Assembly: GCA_051942205.1 (NCBI GenBank)
Contig: JAVECO010000004.1
Location: 186,001 to 250,000 of the forward strand
Direction of reading: 5' to 3'
From: Coniocarpon cinnabarinum
Taxonomy: Eukaryota
DNA length: 64,000 nucleotides
In this document: positions 60,110 through 64,000 of the stretch, one piece after another
How positions within the stretch are numbered: the first letter of the stretch is position 1
Layout of the letters: each line of letters starts with the position of its first letter
Position numbers and translations under genes: made by a program
Notes under the pieces: generated by a model
Told to the model about the DNA's origin: nothing
The model's input: only the letters and a program-made list of their open reading frames with translations
The model's database searches: none

Positions 60110-63100
60110 ATGGATGAGAATTCAAATTTGTCAAAGAGCTCGACTGGAAGTCCAGATCCTCTCGCGCTTACCATAGAAGGCGGTCGCGACCCACTTTCTG
60201 CACCTTCAAAAGCACCGCGTGAGAAGCCGGCCAACAAGTCTCCCAGCATCAAGACTACGCCCTCAAAACAGACCCAACAAGTCGTCTTCACTACTCCCGG
60301 CAAACAGTCGTCCACTAAAGAGGTCTCTCCCTGGCGCATTCGCGTCACAGTTGAAGCAGAGACAGATCAGCATGAGACCATGTCTTCGCCGTCGCCTAGC
60401 AAAGTTCGAACGACCAAGGTTCCACTCAACGATATTGTGAAGTCCACAGCAGCAAAAGGGACGCCCAAGAGGAGAGGACGGCCACGCGAGAGCGATTCAC
60501 ACGTTGCAGGCGAAAAGGATCAAGACAGTGACGTGATTGTAAAGAATCTGAGACGGAGCTTGCCTGCTCGAAGAGATCGCCGGCAGAGCGGACTGGTCAA
60601 CGAAATCCTACCGGAGGATGTTCGTGAGGAAGCACAGGATGCGGGACAGACGCCAGCGGAGCCACCTAAGAGGAAGCGCGGCAGGCCTCGAAAGAGTGAC
60701 GTCGGCGTTGCCAGCACACCCACTGTTGAGAGCGCGTCGAGACCTTCACCGAAGAAGAGGAAGCTCAAACCGTTTCGAGACTCCTCTCCGGTGACTCCTG
60801 ACTCAAGCCAAGACTTGAGATCATCTTCACAGGCTCGCGAGCAATCTGTGGAGGGCTCGGAATTGGGAAGCGAGGTGGGAGCCCAGTCGACTCATGATTC
60901 GTTACAAGGTGAAGATGCAGCGTCTTATGCGAGCGAGGAGCCAGAAGGCATGACATTGGTTGATGTTAGGGAGACTACAGCCGACCTTGACAGGAGCGCG
61001 GTAGAGAGTGAGGGTTTCAGCATCGTCTCGCTTGAGTCGTTACGCAGTCAGCGTGAACGAGCAGACCATCGCATGCCAGCCGCAACCACACCAAACGATC
61101 ACTCAGACAGTGTCAGACCAATGTCAGACCATGCTCAGCATTCAACAGCCAGCTCGCCAGCGACAGATCACCTTGAACCTCGGGGTCGATCAGCTGTCCG
61201 CGATTCCGCCGTGGAATATCTTTCTTTGCCGAGACATCTTGACGCGTCTCAAACTTCTCAAAGACACGCAAACGTTGCAAGTCAACGGGTCACGCCTCAA
61301 ATGAAAGCTCTGCACAAGCAAAGCAGTCTCTTCACTGCTTACAGCGATCAAACACGACGGGAGCTCCGACAAAGCTTGCTCACTGGTGAGCAACTTGCAC
61401 AAGACGTAGCCTCTCCTCCTTTGAATGCACTGCAGAAATCGCTGTTGGAGACGGGTGCCGATGTCAATGGACGGCTTCCAACACCGGCCGGTAAGTTCAC
61501 TTCTCAAAACACATCATTGCTTCACAATTCATTCGTCTTCTACAATTGTCCAGAGAATCCCACTGCGCATCGTCTTATAGTTCTGATAAAGCACGTTCAA
61601 GACCTCGCTAACAAGCTTTCCTCCAGACTCAGTGGAATCTCCAGGTCGGACCGTTGAGTACTATGAACCCATGTCCTGGCGAGCGGAAGCGCCGTCGACA
61701 AATGCACCAGGGCTTTCAGCGCAACAGTCTCCTGCCGACATTTGGAGAGATGAAGCTGATCGCTCACTGGACGACAGCTTAGACGTTCCTCGACAACGTC
61801 AACGTACTCGAGCCCAGACGGAGATGCCGCCTCCTCAAAACAAACGCCTGTCCCAACCTGTGGAGCTTGAGCCACTACCTGTAAAGCGCTTGCAACAGTC
61901 CGCGCAGCAATCATCAAAGACAAATCAAGATTCTCAGAAGCCCTCAGTGGTACCTTTCGACAACACTTCTCAAGTATCACCTGTGCCATCTCTGTCGGAT
62001 TTGTTACCGGTTGACGACAGGCCACCTCGTGGAAAACTTCCACGCACCTGGCGTCGCGCGAGCAACAATGATTTTCTTTACTCTGACGAGTCTTCAGTAC
62101 ATGACTCTCCGTCGCCCCAAATGTCGGTTAAAAAGCCGGCATTGCACAGTCCTGGAGTAATGATGACGCCAAAATATCCCAGTCTCTTTCACCGACTTGG
62201 GTTGGTCTCTCAAGCCAACACAGCAGGAGTGTCGGACCAGACTCGTGCAGACGGTATAGACCGGTCAGCTGAAAAAGGTACTGCTGGCAACGTTGAGACG
62301 GTAAGTCCACCAACGCTGTGTCGTGCACATTTGGAACCATCACAAATGATGGTTCTGGTAAGATACCGCATGTGAACTCGTTACGATATTGCACTGGTTT
62401 TGAGGAGACAGGAACGAAGCCTACGGAGAACACACACTGACATTCGCGTTCCAGGAATCCGACAATTCAGATCAAAGCAATTATCGCCCGCAAACGCCAC
62501 CACTCGATGCTCAGCCGTGCAAGTCAATCCTCAGTAGCCCATATCGACGTTCTGTCAGTCCTGTGAAATCAGTCACATGGAGAGGAGACGATAGCCTTGA
62601 GGAGACTCGAGTTGATAGTACCGAATATGTTGACCAGTACTCGTCGCAGCTAGCTGAACATGATGTCACAACCACTCGCACCTATGACAAACAAGGCGAG
62701 GGGCCAGATGATGATGATTCTGACGATGAAGACGTTCACCACGCAATCACTACAGACGACGGTGGCGCTCATCGCTCATCTCGCACTTCACTAGGCAGTC
62801 ATAATTTTGATGACTCCAACCTAGCGGATGGCGAAGAAACATTGGATGCCACGGAGCTAGTCTCATCTCCGTTGAATGCTAAAGCTCCATCACAGCGGTT
62901 TGCTCGAGGCACGGCTGTGACACCAGTTTCCAATTCGACATTCTCTCTTCCCGAGTCTGCGCCATCAGATGACACTGACATCCCTATCCATGCGACTGCC
63001 ATGTCACACCAAGCGTCCGCACGAAAGCCTCAATTACCGAATACGTCACTTCCGAATGAGAAGCACAACAACTCTCAGGGCATACTCTCTCGTATCTCAT

Positions 63101-63819
63101 CCCTCTTCTTCGGTGCATCGGTATCTACAACTGTTGATCCCAAAGCTCCGCAACCGGGTCCACATGTATGGACATACCAGCACCAACTCCTTCTGAATCA
63201 GCTCTTCGTCTACCTACCTTGCCTTCGCCCGGACATACCCTTTACTTACAATCCCAGAGCCGAAGATTACCATTTGAATCTCATTCAACCACTGCCCCAA
63301 AACACGAGGGTCCTTCCCTTGGCCTTCTTTGTTCACCTCGATCAGATCCCCACCGACTTGACGAGAGAAATCGGGAAGACGTACCAAACCATCCCCCATT
63401 GTGACCGTGGACCCACGTGTGGCCCTAATTGCCCCGGCGTGCCGTGGTGGCTCCGCTTGCGAATTTACAGTCACACCATCACACAAACCGACGTCCGTCT
63501 GGCATTTGCCCTCAACGTCCTCTTCAAATTCAAGGGCATGCCCGTCTACGACGGTCCCACATGGCAACCCGCCGAGCGCAAGAAAGTACTCCGAGACGCT
63601 AGTGGTGCTGTGATGATCAGAAAAGAAGACTGGGACACGCCCAAGCTGCGGAAACGGTTGTTGTGGAATGTCTTTGGGGGTTGGGTGCAGAGACAGATGG
63701 ACGCGGATGAGGGACGGGCGACGATTGGAGATGCCGAGTTGAGGGAGATGATGGAGAAGGAGGATGAGAATGATCGTGTTGCGAGGTTGTGGAGGGAGCG
63801 TGATTATTTTGGCTTCTGA
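60110..63819 (+). CDS. Large low-complexity protein with AT-hook motifs, multi-exon
   Basis: PWRIRVTVEAE, KRRGRPR, KRKRGRPRK; three consecutive same-strand S/P/T-rich ORFs with intron-like gaps. Confidence 0.65.
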
Positions 63820-64000
63820 CACGAGTGCACTGTTCTGATCTCTGAGTGGCTGGGCTTGTGGGGATGGGGGTGTGACTTTCTTTTGTAGCAGCGGGTGCAC
63901 GCGTCACGGCTTCGATTTACGGCCGCTTTGCGTTTGTCCATCTCTCACGTATGATACCCTTGTATAGATGACTAGCTAATGAGTTTTGTTATGGTGGTGA

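Overview
Fungal (Pezizomycotina-type) genomic DNA with short GT-AG introns, in two compartments. Positions 1 to ~36.5 kb look like the interior of a Starship giant transposon. They hold the hallmark auxiliary genes (ferric reductase, DUF3723, RING-patatin phospholipase) plus a pseudokinase, a BCS1-like AAA ATPase, an Hst3/4-type sirtuin, orphan genes and minisatellite arrays. No DUF3435 captain is visible in this window. Nested in this region is a 6.8 kb unit (16993-23816) bounded by ACGT-ended inverted repeats and flanking TA dinucleotides. It has no transposase but carries a divergent pair of HeLo-like genes, one of which (C2H2-ankyrin-TPR) has three RIP-type stop codons. From ~37.5 kb the DNA looks like ordinary host chromosome: DUF829, SMP-30 lactonase, S53 peptidase, MFS pump, GH72 and an AT-hook protein. 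This part also holds two RNA loci that the ORF track misses: a U1 snRNA gene split by a 67-nt spliceosomal intron after nt 12, and a structured Pol III-type RNA candidate followed by eight tandem B-box-like cores. All family calls are from motif recognition by eye; no searches were run.
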